The notes beneath the pieces are model-generated. The model was given only the letters and a program-made list of their open reading frames with translations. It had not been told where the DNA came from and made no database searches. Both the position numbers and the translations under genes were made by a program. From Fonticula alba ATCC 38817 (lineage: Eukaryota; Protista; Nucleariida), in assembly GCA_000388065.2 (NCBI GenBank), contig KB932205.1: a DNA stretch of 34,746 bases. The stretch is one strand, 5' to 3'. Position 1 is the stretch's first letter. The number at the start of each line of letters is the position of its first letter. Below, piece by piece: positions 34,197 to 34,746 of the stretch.

Positions 34197-34746
34197 AAAC
34201 GATCGGAGGCAGGTCGTCCGTTGGGCCCGGCGGAGGCCACGCAGGCCTGGTGATCAGACACAGTGTGGCCACCACATGTGGTCCCTTCGTGCACAATGCT
34301 GTTCTGTATCGGGGGCCGCGCCAGCGTGGTTTATCCGTTGGCATTCCGGGGACCAGGCCCCAGGGCCATGGTCCTCTGGCTGCTGGAGCTATGGGGGGGG
34401 GGGGCACACACGGGCGGGAACGGCGGGCTTTCGGCGCTCCCGGGAAGGCAGCCGCGTGCGGTGGAAGCTCGAGACGCTCCCGGGGCTAATAATCCCCGGC
34501 CGGGGCGGGGAAAGGGGGATTTTATATTGGCCTCGTTCCATCACCGGCGCGGGCCAGGTCTGTTGCTCTTGGGCACGGCGGTCGGGGGGTCCCCCCCCTC
34601 CCTGCCCCGCCCCGTCCGGTTGACTGTGATGCACGCCTTGGCCGCGTTTCTTGTTCCCGCACTTTGCCGGGGCCCGGCCGGTCGCCACACGTGTGTCCCC
34701 AAACCCCCTGGGGGGGGGGGGGGGGGGGCACACGCCTTCAGATACC

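Noticed and set aside
1-34746. tRNA, rRNA, snRNA or telomeric repeats
   Set aside because: No T-loop/cloverleaf, U1/U2/U6 signature or TTAGGG array was recognised by eye. An Infernal/tRNAscan run would be needed to exclude them formally.

Overview
Eukaryotic, GC-rich, intron-containing scaffold segment with five N-gaps, many C/G homopolymers and many microsatellites. The gene content and style (fungal/bacterial-type transketolase, LARP1 with DM15, OPA3, short C-rich introns) suggest a unicellular opisthokont such as Fonticula; that assignment is inference only. I built seven spliced gene models by hand, checking phase at each junction: an AMPK/MARK-related (CAMKL) kinase (+), a 5'-partial F-BAR protein (+), a tRNA dimethylallyltransferase of the TRIT1/Mod5 type (+, with a corrupted middle section), LARP1 (-), OPA3 (-), a 1416-aa polyQ orphan (+) and transketolase (+). 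Two further minus-strand genes are weakly supported. I saw no RNA genes, CRISPR arrays or recognisable transposons, and no clear multi-gene novel system. The strongest leads are: (1) 5' splice sites with consensus GTRCGY and no +4A in 25 modelled introns, which hints at an altered spliceosomal snRNA code; (2) a LARP1 whose La motif has lost 5 of 6 RNA 3'-end-binding residues while DM15 and the PAM2-like motif are intact; (3) the polyQ orphan with a possible split zinc-binding domain.
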